Shown: piece after piece, positions 34,375-43,369 of the stretch
How the letters are laid out: each line of letters begins with the position of its first letter
How positions within the stretch are numbered: position 1 is the stretch's first letter
Assembly (NCBI GenBank): GCA_964343135.1
Contig: CAYFGR010000001.1
Coordinates: forward strand, 1-44,943
DNA from: an uncultured Dehalococcoidales bacterium
GTDB taxonomy: Bacteria; Chloroflexota; Dehalococcoidia; Dehalococcoidales; JAUYDJ01
Length of the DNA: 44,943 nucleotides
Direction: 5' to 3'
Translations under genes and position numbers: made by a program
Notes under the pieces: generated by a model
The model's database searches: none
The model's input: the letters and a program-made list of their open reading frames with translations, nothing else
What the model was told of the DNA's origin: nothing

Positions 34375-35016
34375 TCAGGTTTGAGCTTCCGCCTCGGGGG
34401 TTTGAGCTTCTGCCGGGCGGTCTCTGAGCCAGCGTTTGATTTCATCCAGGCTCGGGGGCGCTACGTAGAACACCTGAATATCTGACGGAAATTGAATCTG
34501 ATGGTCTTCTTGCATCAGTAGTAATGCGGTCTCATCAGTCTTTAAAGTCTTGTCTATTTGTTTTGTGATATGAAGGTTCCTTTTTTTCTGGGTTTCAGGA
34601 TAGGCTTTATAGACCAGGGTGATTGCTTTCAGACTTTGCAGGCCGATAGACAGGCATTTACTCCAGTCCATGAACTCCATCAGTAGCTCACTGTCCTCAA
34701 CCGGCTGAAGTTTGGCTTTATTCTTTAATCGGGTGCGCGTAATCGGGTAGCTGCCGCAATTCAGTTCTTTGATGGCTTTCAATCCTTCTTTACCACCCAC
34801 CGGTATCAGCTCATGGTAGACTTTATGCACTACGCTTAGCGTGGCCTCCAGTTTGCTTATCTGTGCCTCTACCTGTTCCCAGTAATGGTTGACCAATTCC
34901 GTGAAATCGGGGGGTGCTTCCCGGGGAGAGAAAATAAGGGGCACAAAGAGCAGTTTTCTGCCGGTTCGGAATTCTTCTGCCGAAGGTTTTTCTATTTTTG
35001 CTAACGGTTCTGTCAT
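34375..35016 (-). CDS. Hypothetical protein, no family recognised
   Basis: 213-aa ORF with GGGGGGA RBS and its own near-consensus promoter. Good coding look (no low-complexity except the C-terminal AEAQTPEAEAQT tail). I cannot assign a domain. Confidence 0.6.
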   Translation of the reverse strand: MTEPLAKIEKPSAEEFRTGRKLLFVPLIFSPREAPPDFTELVNHYWEQVEAQISKLEATLSVVHKVYHELIPVGGKEGLKAIKELNCGSYPITRTRLKNKAKLQPVEDSELLMEFMDWSKCLSIGLQSLKAITLVYKAYPETQKKRNLHITKQIDKTLKTDETALLLMQEDHQIQFPSDIQVFYVAPPSLDEIKRWLRDRPAEAQTPEAEAQT

Positions 35017-35063
35017 ACGTTTCCCCCCTGGTGTGTTTATTGACCTGACATATTAACAAATCT

Positions 35064-35093
35064 ATTATACTTAACCCCGGGTACTGGCGACAA
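35064..35093 (-). promoter_or_regulatory. Promoter candidate for hypothetical gene 34375..35016: TTGTCG-18-TATAAT
   Basis: The minus strand reads TTGTCGccagtacccggggttaagTATAAT, 47 nt upstream of ATG 35016. Confidence 0.5.
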
Positions 35094-35148
35094 ATAAGAC
35101 ATCCGGAGGACGGTATGAATCGGGACTGGCGGGCGCTGTCTCTGGTGT

Positions 35149-35727
35149 TTATCCTGTGGGTGTCTGGCGCGAGAGCTTTTCGATAGCGGAGCGATAGGTT
35201 TCATGGGTTGCGGTATCAAAAAGAACGAATATCGCCTCTTTCAAATAGCCAGGGTTTTTTTTAAGAAAAGAGGCGACAGTTTTTACGGCTACTTCAGCGG
35301 CGCCGGCTACGGGATAGCCGTAGGCGCCGGTGCTTATCGACGGGAGGGAAACGCCGGTCAGTCTATTAATTTCAGCCATTTTCAGACTCTCGCGATAGGC
35401 GCTTGCCAGTAACTGCGGTTCGCCTTTGTTGCCGCCGTGCCAAACTGGCCCTACGGTATGGATGACATATTTAGCCTTAAGCTTACCGCCGATGGTTATG
35501 ACGGCTTTGCCGGTTGGTAAGCGTCCCTGCCGGGCGACGATTTGCTTACACTCCTCCAGTATAACCGTTCCGTCGGCTCGATGAATGGTTCCATCCACGC
35601 CACCACCGCCCATGAGACCGGGGTTAGCCGCATTGACGATACCATCGGTGCTTTGCTTGGTTATATCCCCCAGCACTACCGATAGCTTAGCCTGTCCGAT
35701 GATAAGCTCCGTTAGCCGTTCTGCCAT
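35149..35727 (-). CDS. Macro-domain protein (MacroD/YmdB-type ADP-ribose/O-acetyl-ADP-ribose hydrolase)
   Basis: The track ORF starts at 35808. ATG 35727 (MAERLTELIIGQAKLSVVLGDITKQSTDGIVNAANPGLMGGGGVDGTIHRA...) gives the canonical macro-domain N-terminus. Later block: ISTGAYGYP. Confidence 0.88.
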   Translation of the reverse strand: MAERLTELIIGQAKLSVVLGDITKQSTDGIVNAANPGLMGGGGVDGTIHRADGTVILEECKQIVARQGRLPTGKAVITIGGKLKAKYVIHTVGPVWHGGNKGEPQLLASAYRESLKMAEINRLTGVSLPSISTGAYGYPVAGAAEVAVKTVASFLKKNPGYLKEAIFVLFDTATHETYRSAIEKLSRQTPTG

Positions 35728-35854
35728 TATGATTAACTTCTGAAAATTGTTTTCGTTGTCGTTTTCCATTCTATCACTTTCGGGTAGTTCGCATATAAAA
35801 TATATCAAAACCCATATGCTCTGGTGGATATCTCCGGGGGGTGACGTCGGCGAA

Positions 35855-35883
35855 TTGAATTTACGGTTCGTTTCCTCTATAAT
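35855..35883 (+). promoter_or_regulatory. Promoter candidate for hypothetical gene 35938..36717: TTGAAT-17-TATAAT
   Basis: TTGAATttacggttcgtttcctcTATAAT, 54 nt upstream of TTG 35938. Confidence 0.5.
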
Positions 35884-35937
35884 CTTTCTGATTGATTCTT
35901 TTAGATATGCCAGTTAAACTGTACTACTGGTTTTGGT

Positions 35938-36717
35938 TTGAAGTATATGAGCCGTTTTATTGATAAACTGAAACAGACCTCCCGGGCGATGCCTCAGCCC
36001 ATGGGTTTTAGGGTAGTATCCCCGGCGTCTCCGAAACCTAGAATGCAAATTGTTGCCAGCATGGTTGAGGCTGATATTGACCATCTGGCGGATTATGTGG
36101 CGGGGACTGATGCCGGGCTATTGCAGCTTACCAAATCTAGCCGGGGGGTTAAAGCCTTGGCGAAAGTGGCTCAGGCTTTGTCCGGGATTCCCTGGGGGGT
36201 GATTGGAAATGATGGTGGTGGGGGATTAGCGCCGGCGGTGAAAGCCGGTGGTGATTTCATAGTCTTTTCGGAGTCGGCGGTATTCTTACCAATCGCTAAT
36301 ATTGATAAAGCGGGTAAGATACTGGAGGTGGTAACATCGCTTAACGACAGTATGTTGAGAGCTATTGCCGAGTTGCCGGTAGATGCCGTGCTTATCGGCA
36401 GCGAAAAGCGAGAGAGTCTTACCTGGCACCACCTTATGCTATTTCAGCGCTTTGCCAATATATTATCCAAACCCGTGCTGGCACGAGTGCCGTCTAACTT
36501 GTCGGGTAATGAAATTGAGTCGTTGTGGGCGGTGGGTGTGGATGCGGTGGTGATAGAGGTAGGAGCGGAACAGCCTGTGGCGAGATTAAGTGAGTTACGC
36601 CAGGTAATTGACGGGCTGACATTACCGTTACGCCACCGGCGGGGGAAGGAAGCCGCTATATTACCGCGCGCTGGGGCGGCCATGGAGACGGTTACCGACG
36701 AGGAAGAGGAAGAGTAG
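35938..36717 (+). CDS. Hypothetical protein with acidic C-terminal tail, no family recognised
   Basis: 259-aa ORF (TTG 35938 or ATG 35947) downstream of a TTGAAT-17-TATAAT promoter. Alternating short hydrophobic strand-like and helix-like segments (GGDFIVFS, VDAVLIGS, GVDAVVIEVG) hint at an alpha/beta barrel-like fold. Ends DEEEEE. Confidence 0.55.
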   Translation: MKYMSRFIDKLKQTSRAMPQPMGFRVVSPASPKPRMQIVASMVEADIDHLADYVAGTDAGLLQLTKSSRGVKALAKVAQALSGIPWGVIGNDGGGGLAPAVKAGGDFIVFSESAVFLPIANIDKAGKILEVVTSLNDSMLRAIAELPVDAVLIGSEKRESLTWHHLMLFQRFANILSKPVLARVPSNLSGNEIESLWAVGVDAVVIEVGAEQPVARLSELRQVIDGLTLPLRHRRGKEAAILPRAGAAMETVTDEEEEE

Positions 36718-36740
36718 GCAATACTTTACCAGTGGTGAGA

Positions 36741-37985
36741 TTATTTCCCGACCAGGTTTTTTACCAGTTTTAGTTCGTCTCGGGCTAATCTCGTGATAAG
36801 GAAGTTCTTTTTTACCGTTTCGCGGCCTATTCTGCCCAACCTTTGAGCCTCGGCGGTGTTTTCCAGAAGGTAGACAATATTCTCAGCACATTGTTCAATG
36901 TTGTCAACCAGATAATCACTGAGGTCGCCGGGCATCTGCATCGGGATACCACCGACGTTACCGGCGATAACCGGTGTTTCTTTCCATAGCGCTTCAGACA
37001 CCACCAGCCCGAAGCCCTCTCTAATTGACTTCTGTATAATCACATCGGAGGCTCTCTGAAAGGCATTGACTTCCATATTGCCGACCCCGGTCAGATTTGA
37101 GAAGATTTTGATTTTGTCATCCTTAACCGCCTCGGCACTAATGGCGGCGTACATATCCCAGGCTTCGGGGTCGTCCGGGGCAAAGCTACCGACCATGGCC
37201 AGCTGGAGACCGGGTATTTGTTCCCGGGCTAACCGGTAGGCGGCAATAGTGCCGAAGGGGTCTTTCCACCGGTCGAAGCGGGATACCTGGGTAATTATTC
37301 GATTGTTAGTATCAAAACCTAGGTTGTCCAGCATTTCACGGCAGACATCTCTTTTAATGAACATATTCTTTGAGCTCAGGGGGCAGATGGCGGGTGGTAT
37401 CGTAGCTATTTTAGACACTCTAATATTCTGGGGAACGAAGGCCTGGGTGGTAAAGATGGCGGCATCATGTTCTTCAACATAGGGGCGCAGGAAATTCCAT
37501 ACCGCCTCGTCAGGTTCCGAGCTGTCAACGTGGCAGCGCCATATCCATTTGGCTTTGTTTTCTGGTAAATAATGACGCAAAGCGGCGGGTTGGGGGTCAT
37601 TAACAATGAAAACATCGTAATTGAGGTCAAGCTCTCGAGCGTTAGCCGCGTTATGTCTTTGGTATTCTTGTTGTGTTTGTTCTCGATAAATGTCCTCAAA
37701 TGTAGCGCCTTGCAGGGAATTATGGAATGCTTTGGTTATGGAGAAAAACCGGTGGTCACCTCGGATAACCTGCCAATCAGCTTTAATGCCTACCGAGCGT
37801 GTTACTGGAATCTGGCCGACCAGGAGTTCAGCGACGCCACCACCGAAGGGGGTTGAGTTGATATGGCATAATCGCAGACCTTTCAGTTCCTTACCAAGGC
37901 TGCAAAGTTCATCAATAATACCTCTTTGTTCTATCAGTCGATATTTGTTAATATCAACTGTATCTACTGGAATCTTATGGAGCAT
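36741..37985 (-). CDS. treT: GT4 glycosyltransferase resembling trehalose glycosyltransferring synthase TreT
   Basis: The track ORF starts at 38048, inside the upstream gene. ATG 37985 (MLHKIPVD...) overlaps the guaB3-like stop by 11 nt. HINSTPFGGGVAELL...ITKAFHNSLQG closely parallels the N-terminal region of archaeal TreT as I remember it. The C-terminal half is a GT-B fold (QKSIREGFGLVVSEALWK). Confidence 0.65.
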   Translation of the reverse strand: MLHKIPVDTVDINKYRLIEQRGIIDELCSLGKELKGLRLCHINSTPFGGGVAELLVGQIPVTRSVGIKADWQVIRGDHRFFSITKAFHNSLQGATFEDIYREQTQQEYQRHNAANARELDLNYDVFIVNDPQPAALRHYLPENKAKWIWRCHVDSSEPDEAVWNFLRPYVEEHDAAIFTTQAFVPQNIRVSKIATIPPAICPLSSKNMFIKRDVCREMLDNLGFDTNNRIITQVSRFDRWKDPFGTIAAYRLAREQIPGLQLAMVGSFAPDDPEAWDMYAAISAEAVKDDKIKIFSNLTGVGNMEVNAFQRASDVIIQKSIREGFGLVVSEALWKETPVIAGNVGGIPMQMPGDLSDYLVDNIEQCAENIVYLLENTAEAQRLGRIGRETVKKNFLITRLARDELKLVKNLVGK

Positions 37986-39135
37986 GTGAGCCACTCTTAT
38001 CGGTAGAGAGTTGCCATGATTTACCTTCTGTAGTGATTGCGGGCGCAATTACCATCTCAGCCTTATGCATCTCCGGGATGGTGGTAGCGCCGCAGACGCC
38101 CATGGCGGTACGTAGTGCCCCTACCAGGTTCTGACTGCCATTGGTGACTGAAGTGGGGCCAAAGAGGATTTGCTCTAATGTTCCGGTAGTGCCAACTTTA
38201 ACCCGGGTACCTCGGGGAAGGGCCGGGTGGGGGTGGGACATGCCCCAGTGGTAGCCTAGACCCGGCGCCTCGCTGGCTTGAGCAAGAATAGAGCCGAGCA
38301 TTACGGCATCTGCTCCGGCGGCAATCGATTTGCAGATATCACCGCCTTTACGAAAACCACCATCGGTAATAATGGGTACGTACCGGCCGGACTCATGAAG
38401 ATAGGTATCTCTTGCCGCTGCGCAGTCCATCGTCGCCGTAATCTGGGGAACGCCAACACCGAGAACCTCCCGGGTGGTGCAGGCCGCCCCTGGTCCAACA
38501 CCGACTAAAACAGCCGAGATTCCCGTTCTCATTAACTCAAGACAGGCGCTGTAGCTTACGCAGTTGCCGACAATAACCGGCATATGTGTGGACTGGTGAA
38601 GATCGGAGAAGATTAAGCCGCGATAGCTCTTGGAGGTATGGCGGGCGGTGGTAACCGTGGACTGAACAATAAAAATATTCGCCTTGGCTTCAGTCGCCAG
38701 CGGGGCGAAGCGTTTGGTATCAGCCGGTGTTGCCGAAACGGCACATACCGCCCCGGATTTTTTTACTGCCTGTATCCGTTCACTGACCAGGTTATCTTTG
38801 ATTGGTTCGGAATATATTTTTTGGAGCAGCGCCGTAACCTTGTCGCTAGAGACCGAGGTAATTTCTGCCAGCAATTCCTCCGTGTTTTCATAGCGAGTTT
38901 GGATTCCACCCAGGTTGAGAACGGCAAGTCCGCCCAGTTTACTCAATAGGACGGCAATGTTAACATCGGTTACGGCATCCATGGCGGCAGCCATAATGGG
39001 AATGGCGAAAGTATGGTCACCTATCTTAAAATCCGTGTTTGTCTGGTCCGGGTTAATTGTGCTGTCTCCTGGCACAATGGCTACCTCATCAAATCCGTAG
39101 GCATGTCGTAATCGTTTAAAGATAGGTATCGTCAT
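37975..39135 (-). CDS. GuaB3-type IMP dehydrogenase-family protein (no CBS insert)
   Basis: 386-aa [15 protein letters not shown]...[11 protein letters not shown]...[21 protein letters not shown]...[35 protein letters not shown]-barrel without the CBS subdomain. Confidence 0.8.
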   Translation of the reverse strand: MTIPIFKRLRHAYGFDEVAIVPGDSTINPDQTNTDFKIGDHTFAIPIMAAAMDAVTDVNIAVLLSKLGGLAVLNLGGIQTRYENTEELLAEITSVSSDKVTALLQKIYSEPIKDNLVSERIQAVKKSGAVCAVSATPADTKRFAPLATEAKANIFIVQSTVTTARHTSKSYRGLIFSDLHQSTHMPVIVGNCVSYSACLELMRTGISAVLVGVGPGAACTTREVLGVGVPQITATMDCAAARDTYLHESGRYVPIITDGGFRKGGDICKSIAAGADAVMLGSILAQASEAPGLGYHWGMSHPHPALPRGTRVKVGTTGTLEQILFGPTSVTNGSQNLVGALRTAMGVCGATTIPEMHKAEMVIAPAITTEGKSWQLSTDKSGSHAP

Positions 39136-39156
39136 TGATGTACCCCTTAAGAAAGG

Positions 39157-39185
39157 AATATATCAAAGTGGCGTTTCAAAGTCAA
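39157..39185 (-). promoter_or_regulatory. Promoter candidate for the guaB3-like/treT operon: TTGACT-17-TATATT
   Basis: The minus strand reads TTGACTttgaaacgccactttgaTATATT, 21 nt upstream of ATG 39135 (AAGGGG RBS in between). Confidence 0.5.
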
Positions 39186-39363
39186 GAATTTGTAAGTTTA
39201 CCGGCAATAAGGCGGGCAGTGCCGGTAGTATTATGTTGAGGTTAAGACATATTTGGATTTCGCCGGGCGGAGCCACGTAGACGGTTAAACCAGTCTGGAG
39301 TATAATGGTAATGATTGTCCCGGAGTTTTGGCTTAATCAGGTATAGAGAGTTGATGAGAGGGA

Positions 39364-40179
39364 ATGCCGTCTCTTTACGTTGTGGCTACTCCGATTGGTA
39401 ATTTAGAGGATATTTCTTTAAGAGCTATTCGTATCCTGCGTGAAGTAAAGCTTATCGCTGCCGAAGATACACGCCGGACAAAACAGCTTCTGTCCGCGTA
39501 TGACATTCAAGCCCCGCTAACCAGTTATCACGAGCACAATAAATGGACAAAGCTGGAGTATCTTCTGGATTATCTTAAAGAAGAAAGTGTGGCGCTGGTA
39601 TGCAACGCTGGGACCCCGGGAATATCAGATCCGGGCTATGAGTTGATTGTGGCGGCAGGACAGCGCGGTATACCGGTGGTACCGGTGCCGGGTCCTTCAG
39701 CCGTAATTGCGGCACTAGTTGTCTCGGGGCTACCCACCGACCGGTTTATCTACATTGGCTACCTGCCTCACAAGGCGGGTAGCCGACGGCGTCTTCTAAG
39801 ATCGGTTGCCGGTGAATCCGGCACCATTGTCGTTCTGGAATCTCCTCACCGGCTGCTGAGCGCTCTTGAGGATATACGGCTTATTCTGGGCGACCGAAGA
39901 ATAGCTGTGTGTCGTGAATTGACCAAGTTTTATGAAGAGGTTTTTCGAGCGACAGTGGGTCAGGCGATAGAGCACTTTAACGAACCGAGGGGTGAATTTA
40001 CCCTGGTTATTGAGGGTAAGGGGGAGACAGTAAAACCACAGCTAACCGAAGAAATTGAGCGCCAATTGCAGCGTATGCACCAATCGGGCATGACGGCGAA
40101 GGAGGCAACCAGTAAGATGATTCGGGAAACCGGAATATCCAAAAAAGTGCTGTACCGGGCTTGGCTCGGGTTCCCTTGA
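39364..40179 (+). CDS. rsmI: 16S rRNA (cytidine1402-2'-O)-methyltransferase RsmI
   Basis: 271-aa ORF, LYVVATPIGNLEDISLRAIRILREVKLIAAEDTRRT...GTPGISDPG, the tetrapyrrole-methylase-fold RsmI signature. Confidence 0.92.
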   Translation: MPSLYVVATPIGNLEDISLRAIRILREVKLIAAEDTRRTKQLLSAYDIQAPLTSYHEHNKWTKLEYLLDYLKEESVALVCNAGTPGISDPGYELIVAAGQRGIPVVPVPGPSAVIAALVVSGLPTDRFIYIGYLPHKAGSRRRLLRSVAGESGTIVVLESPHRLLSALEDIRLILGDRRIAVCRELTKFYEEVFRATVGQAIEHFNEPRGEFTLVIEGKGETVKPQLTEEIERQLQRMHQSGMTAKEATSKMIRETGISKKVLYRAWLGFP

Positions 40180-40214
40180 TATTTAAATAAAGGCATATAG
40201 AGGAAAACTTAGCG

Positions 40215-40439
40215 ATGCGATGTATGTGTACATCCCTGGGGTAGGTTGAGTGTGGTGATTGTAACCGTATCGTACCGTATCCGGAGCGTTATCTGGTAAA
40301 TGATGAGGCAGAGGGCAATAAGTTGCACCTGTGCCTGGACTGCGCCGTGAAGAAAGGTTATGCTCACTATAAATCTGAGAAGGGCGCGGTAGTATTGGCC
40401 TTCTACGAAGAGTTAATCGAACCATCAAAAGAATCGTAA
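40215..40439 (+). pseudogene. Small Zn-ribbon ORF interrupted by an in-frame TAG at 40242..40244
   Basis: Hand translation gives MRCMCTSLG-TAG-VECGDCNRIVPYPERYLVNDEAEGNKLHLCLDCAVKKGYAHYKSEKGAVVLAFYEELIEPSKES-TAA. CxxC-x23-CxxC motif. No ATG/GTG/TTG start follows the TAG until well past the first CxxC. AGAGGA lies about 10 nt upstream of ATG 40215. Confidence 0.3.
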
Positions 40440-40492
40440 TGAAAACTGCTGTCTAAGGGTATTTCCGGTAAAACGATTAGCCATCGTTACAT

Positions 40493-40521
40493 TTGGCAAT
40501 ACCAGTTTGTTATGTTATGCT
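40493..40521 (+). promoter_or_regulatory. Promoter candidate for metG: TTGGCA-17-TATGCT
   Basis: TTGGCAataccagtttgttatgtTATGCT, 86 nt upstream of ATG 40608. Confidence 0.4.
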
Positions 40522-40607
40522 GGAGGCGCTGTGCCTGCCGCGTGTTTATGGGGTTTGGTGTGCAGGTAAACGGTGTCTTATCGCTTTAGTGTCGTGAGAA
40601 ACAGATT

Positions 40608-42356
40608 ATGAGTGAGCAGATTTTTATCGGTGTTGCCTGGCCTTACGCCAATGGTCCCCTGCACCTGGGGCAAATTGCGGGCGCCTACCTGCCGGCGGAT
40701 GTCTTTGCCCGTTTCCATCGTATCAAGGGTAATGAAGTATTGATGGTTTCGGGTTCTGACCAGCATGGCACTCCAATTACACTGAGAGCGGAGCAGGAGG
40801 GAAAGAAACCGGCGGAAATAGCCGATCGGTACCATCAACAGTTTCTGGAGGCGTGGCAGAAATTGGGCATTTCTTTTGATTTGTTTACCAGCACCGGGAC
40901 TGAAAATCATGCCAGGGTGGCGCAGGATATTTTTCTTACCCTGCTTAAAAAAGGCTTTATCTATCGATCAATCGTGTCACAGCCGTTCTGTCCTGATTGC
41001 CGGCGTTTCCTGCCCGACCGCTATATTGAGGGTACCTGTCCCTACTGCCAAGCTGCCGGAGCGCGGGGTGACCAGTGTGATGCCTGCGGTAAACCGATTA
41101 ACGCTATTGAATTGAAGAATCCACAGTGCCGTATTTGCGGAACCATGCCGGTGTTCAAGGATTCGGAACACTTCTTTCTGAAACTAAGCGCCTTTGAGGA
41201 TGGACTACTTGCCTGGGTGCGAGAGCAGACTCACTGGCGACCCAATGTGCTTAACTTCTCGGTACGCTATTTAGAGGACGGTTTGAAGGACAGGGCAATT
41301 ACCCGTGATATTAATTGGGGTATTCCAGTACCGCTGGATGGATATGAAGATAAACGCATCTACGTGTGGTTTGAAGCCGTCATCGGATATCTTTCGGCGG
41401 CGAAGGAATGGGCTTCATCTCGCGGTGGTGATGAAAAATGGCGCTCTTTCTGGCAAAAGGATAATGGCGCCTGGAGTTATTATTTTATCGGCAAGGATAA
41501 TATTCCTTTTCATACCCTTATCTGGCCGACCATGCTGATGGGCTATAGTGACGATCTTAATCTCCCTTATGACGTACCGGCTAACGAGTTCTTGACTATT
41601 GAGGGTCGGAAGCTCTCCACCAGCCAGAACTGGGCGGTGTGGTTACCCGATTACCTCTCGCGTTACGACCCTGACCCACTGCGCTACCTGCTATCCGTAA
41701 ACATGCCGGAAACCGGTGACGCTGATTTTTCCTGGCGTGAGTTCGTGCGGCGTAACAATGATGAACTGGTGGCTGCCTACGGTAATTTAGTCCACCGGGT
41801 GCTGACCTTTGTCTTTCGTAACTTTGATGGCCGTGTACCAGAACACAGCAGATTTAGCGAGATTCGTGAATATTTGCCAAGTCTCGATAATAACTTGGCA
41901 GCGGTTTATGGCTTAGATGACTATAAACAGGATGTAAATGTAATCGAAGATGCTAAGGAGTTTCTTTTTAGAGAAGCAGGTGACCGTCTATCCAGATGCA
42001 ATTTTAAACAAGCATTATTGAACATTATGATGTTTGCTCGTGAGACAAATCAATACCTTGATGATAAATCTCCTTGGAAGGTAATTAAGGAAGACCGACA
42101 GGCTGCGGCTGATTCACTATATGTGGCTCTTTACGCGATTTCCTGCCTGAAAACGGCATTGTATCCCTTCCTGCCCTTCAGTTCTCAGAAGGTGCATGAA
42201 TATCTTGGATTTGAAGGTAATGTTGAGGACTATGGATGGCAGCCGCAACCTTTGCCACCCGGGCGGAAATTGCTTGCTCCGCAACCGCTATTTTCTAAAT
42301 TGGATAAGGATGTAGTCGAAGAAGAAACCAGTCGCATGGGTTTGCCGAACGGTTAG
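40608..42356 (+). CDS. metG: Methionyl-tRNA synthetase (no C-terminal Trbp111-like domain)
   Basis: 582-aa ORF with HLGQ (HIGH-type) motif, Zn knuckles CPDC...CPYC...CDAC...CRIC, KLSTS (KMSKS-type) motif and an anticodon-binding helical domain. Confidence 0.95.
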   Translation: MSEQIFIGVAWPYANGPLHLGQIAGAYLPADVFARFHRIKGNEVLMVSGSDQHGTPITLRAEQEGKKPAEIADRYHQQFLEAWQKLGISFDLFTSTGTENHARVAQDIFLTLLKKGFIYRSIVSQPFCPDCRRFLPDRYIEGTCPYCQAAGARGDQCDACGKPINAIELKNPQCRICGTMPVFKDSEHFFLKLSAFEDGLLAWVREQTHWRPNVLNFSVRYLEDGLKDRAITRDINWGIPVPLDGYEDKRIYVWFEAVIGYLSAAKEWASSRGGDEKWRSFWQKDNGAWSYYFIGKDNIPFHTLIWPTMLMGYSDDLNLPYDVPANEFLTIEGRKLSTSQNWAVWLPDYLSRYDPDPLRYLLSVNMPETGDADFSWREFVRRNNDELVAAYGNLVHRVLTFVFRNFDGRVPEHSRFSEIREYLPSLDNNLAAVYGLDDYKQDVNVIEDAKEFLFREAGDRLSRCNFKQALLNIMMFARETNQYLDDKSPWKVIKEDRQAAADSLYVALYAISCLKTALYPFLPFSSQKVHEYLGFEGNVEDYGWQPQPLPPGRKLLAPQPLFSKLDKDVVEEETSRMGLPNG

Positions 42357-42368
42357 GGAAGGAGAATC

Positions 42369-43334
42369 TTGCTGCTAAGTAGTATTTACGAATCTGTTGA
42401 AGCCGATTTGGGTAGTGTGGAAGAGGGCCTCAGGTCAACCCTCAAGGGTTTATTTCCCTGGTTGTCTGAAATGCTGGGCTATAGTCTTAGCGATGGTGGG
42501 AAGAGAATACGTCCCGCACTTATGCTGCTGTGCGGTAAATTCTATGATTACAATCTTGAGCACCTTCAGCCGATGGGGGTAGCTATTGAGCTGATGCATA
42601 CCGCAACCCTGGTGCATGATGACGCTATTGATAAATCTATGGTTCGTCGGGGCAAACCAACGATTAATAGCCTGTGGGATGATGAGAGAGCGGTGCTGCT
42701 GGGTGACTACCTCTTTGCCCGAGCTGGTGAGTGGGCCACTCATGCCCAAAACCTGTATGTTGTCAGACTTTTTTCGCAGACTCTGGCGACCATCTCAAGT
42801 GGAGAATTGGAGCAAATTATCAGCGCTTTTAATTCTGAGCAGACGCGAGAAGACTACTTACGACGGATTTCCGGTAAAACGGCCAGCCTTTTTTCTCTGG
42901 CGACCGAATCAGGGGCTATTTTGAGCCAGGCACCACCGGAGTTAGTTCGGATTCTTAAGGATTACGGGCATAATCTGGGTGTCGCTTTCCAGATAGTGGA
43001 TGATATTCTGGACTATGTTGGTACCGAGGCGGAAATCGGTAAGCCGGTAGGTTCTGATTTAACTCAGGGTACTCTTACATTACCGGCGATGCTTCTTATG
43101 GAGCAGTATCCTGATAACAATCCGGTAAGGCGCCTGTTCCGTGGAGAGGATAAGGAGCAAAACATTGCCCTGACGATAAAAATGGTTCGTGATTCAGGGA
43201 TTGTTGAGGAGTGCTACGAGATTGCGGCGGGATATTGCGCCCGGGCATGCCGTGACCTCGATCAATTGCCGGATGAGGTCGCATCTCAACCACTTATTAA
43301 ACTGGCCGATTTTGTTGTCAGGAGAAAGAATTAA
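42369..43334 (+). CDS. trans-Polyprenyl diphosphate synthase (hepta/octaprenyl-type)
   Basis: 321-aa ORF with both aspartate-rich motifs (LVHDDAID and FQIVDDILD). TTG start with GGAAGGAG RBS. Confidence 0.88.
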   Translation: MLLSSIYESVEADLGSVEEGLRSTLKGLFPWLSEMLGYSLSDGGKRIRPALMLLCGKFYDYNLEHLQPMGVAIELMHTATLVHDDAIDKSMVRRGKPTINSLWDDERAVLLGDYLFARAGEWATHAQNLYVVRLFSQTLATISSGELEQIISAFNSEQTREDYLRRISGKTASLFSLATESGAILSQAPPELVRILKDYGHNLGVAFQIVDDILDYVGTEAEIGKPVGSDLTQGTLTLPAMLLMEQYPDNNPVRRLFRGEDKEQNIALTIKMVRDSGIVEECYEIAAGYCARACRDLDQLPDEVASQPLIKLADFVVRRKN

Positions 43335-43369
43335 CAAAATAAGCTTCAGGTCTGATGAGAGGGGTGATA

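Noticed and set aside
34378-34419. 21-nt imperfect tandem duplication (GGTTTGAGCTTC[C/T]GCC...).
   Set aside because: There are only two copies. They lie inside the 3' end of a CDS and simply encode the repeated AEAQT tail. This is not a CRISPR-like or regulatory repeat. It is mentioned under the hypothetical-protein finding only.
40183-40428. 81-aa minus-strand ORF in the rsmI-metG spacer.
   Set aside because: The product is Pro/Arg/His-rich and implausible, there is no RBS, and it is antisense to the much more protein-like Zn-ribbon frame.
40440-40607. Possible T-box or other riboswitch leader upstream of metG.
   Set aside because: I could not find the conserved T-box sequence (AGGGTGGNACCGCG-like) or a terminator/antiterminator pair. 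Only a plausible promoter is present. An Rfam scan would be needed to be sure.
41870-42110. Visibly AT-richer patch inside metG, considered as a possible insertion, intein or mobile segment.
   Set aside because: The reading frame is continuous. The translated segment is ordinary helical anticodon-binding-domain sequence leading into the conserved ...ETNQYLDDKSPWK block. There are no intein or endonuclease motifs and no flanking repeats.
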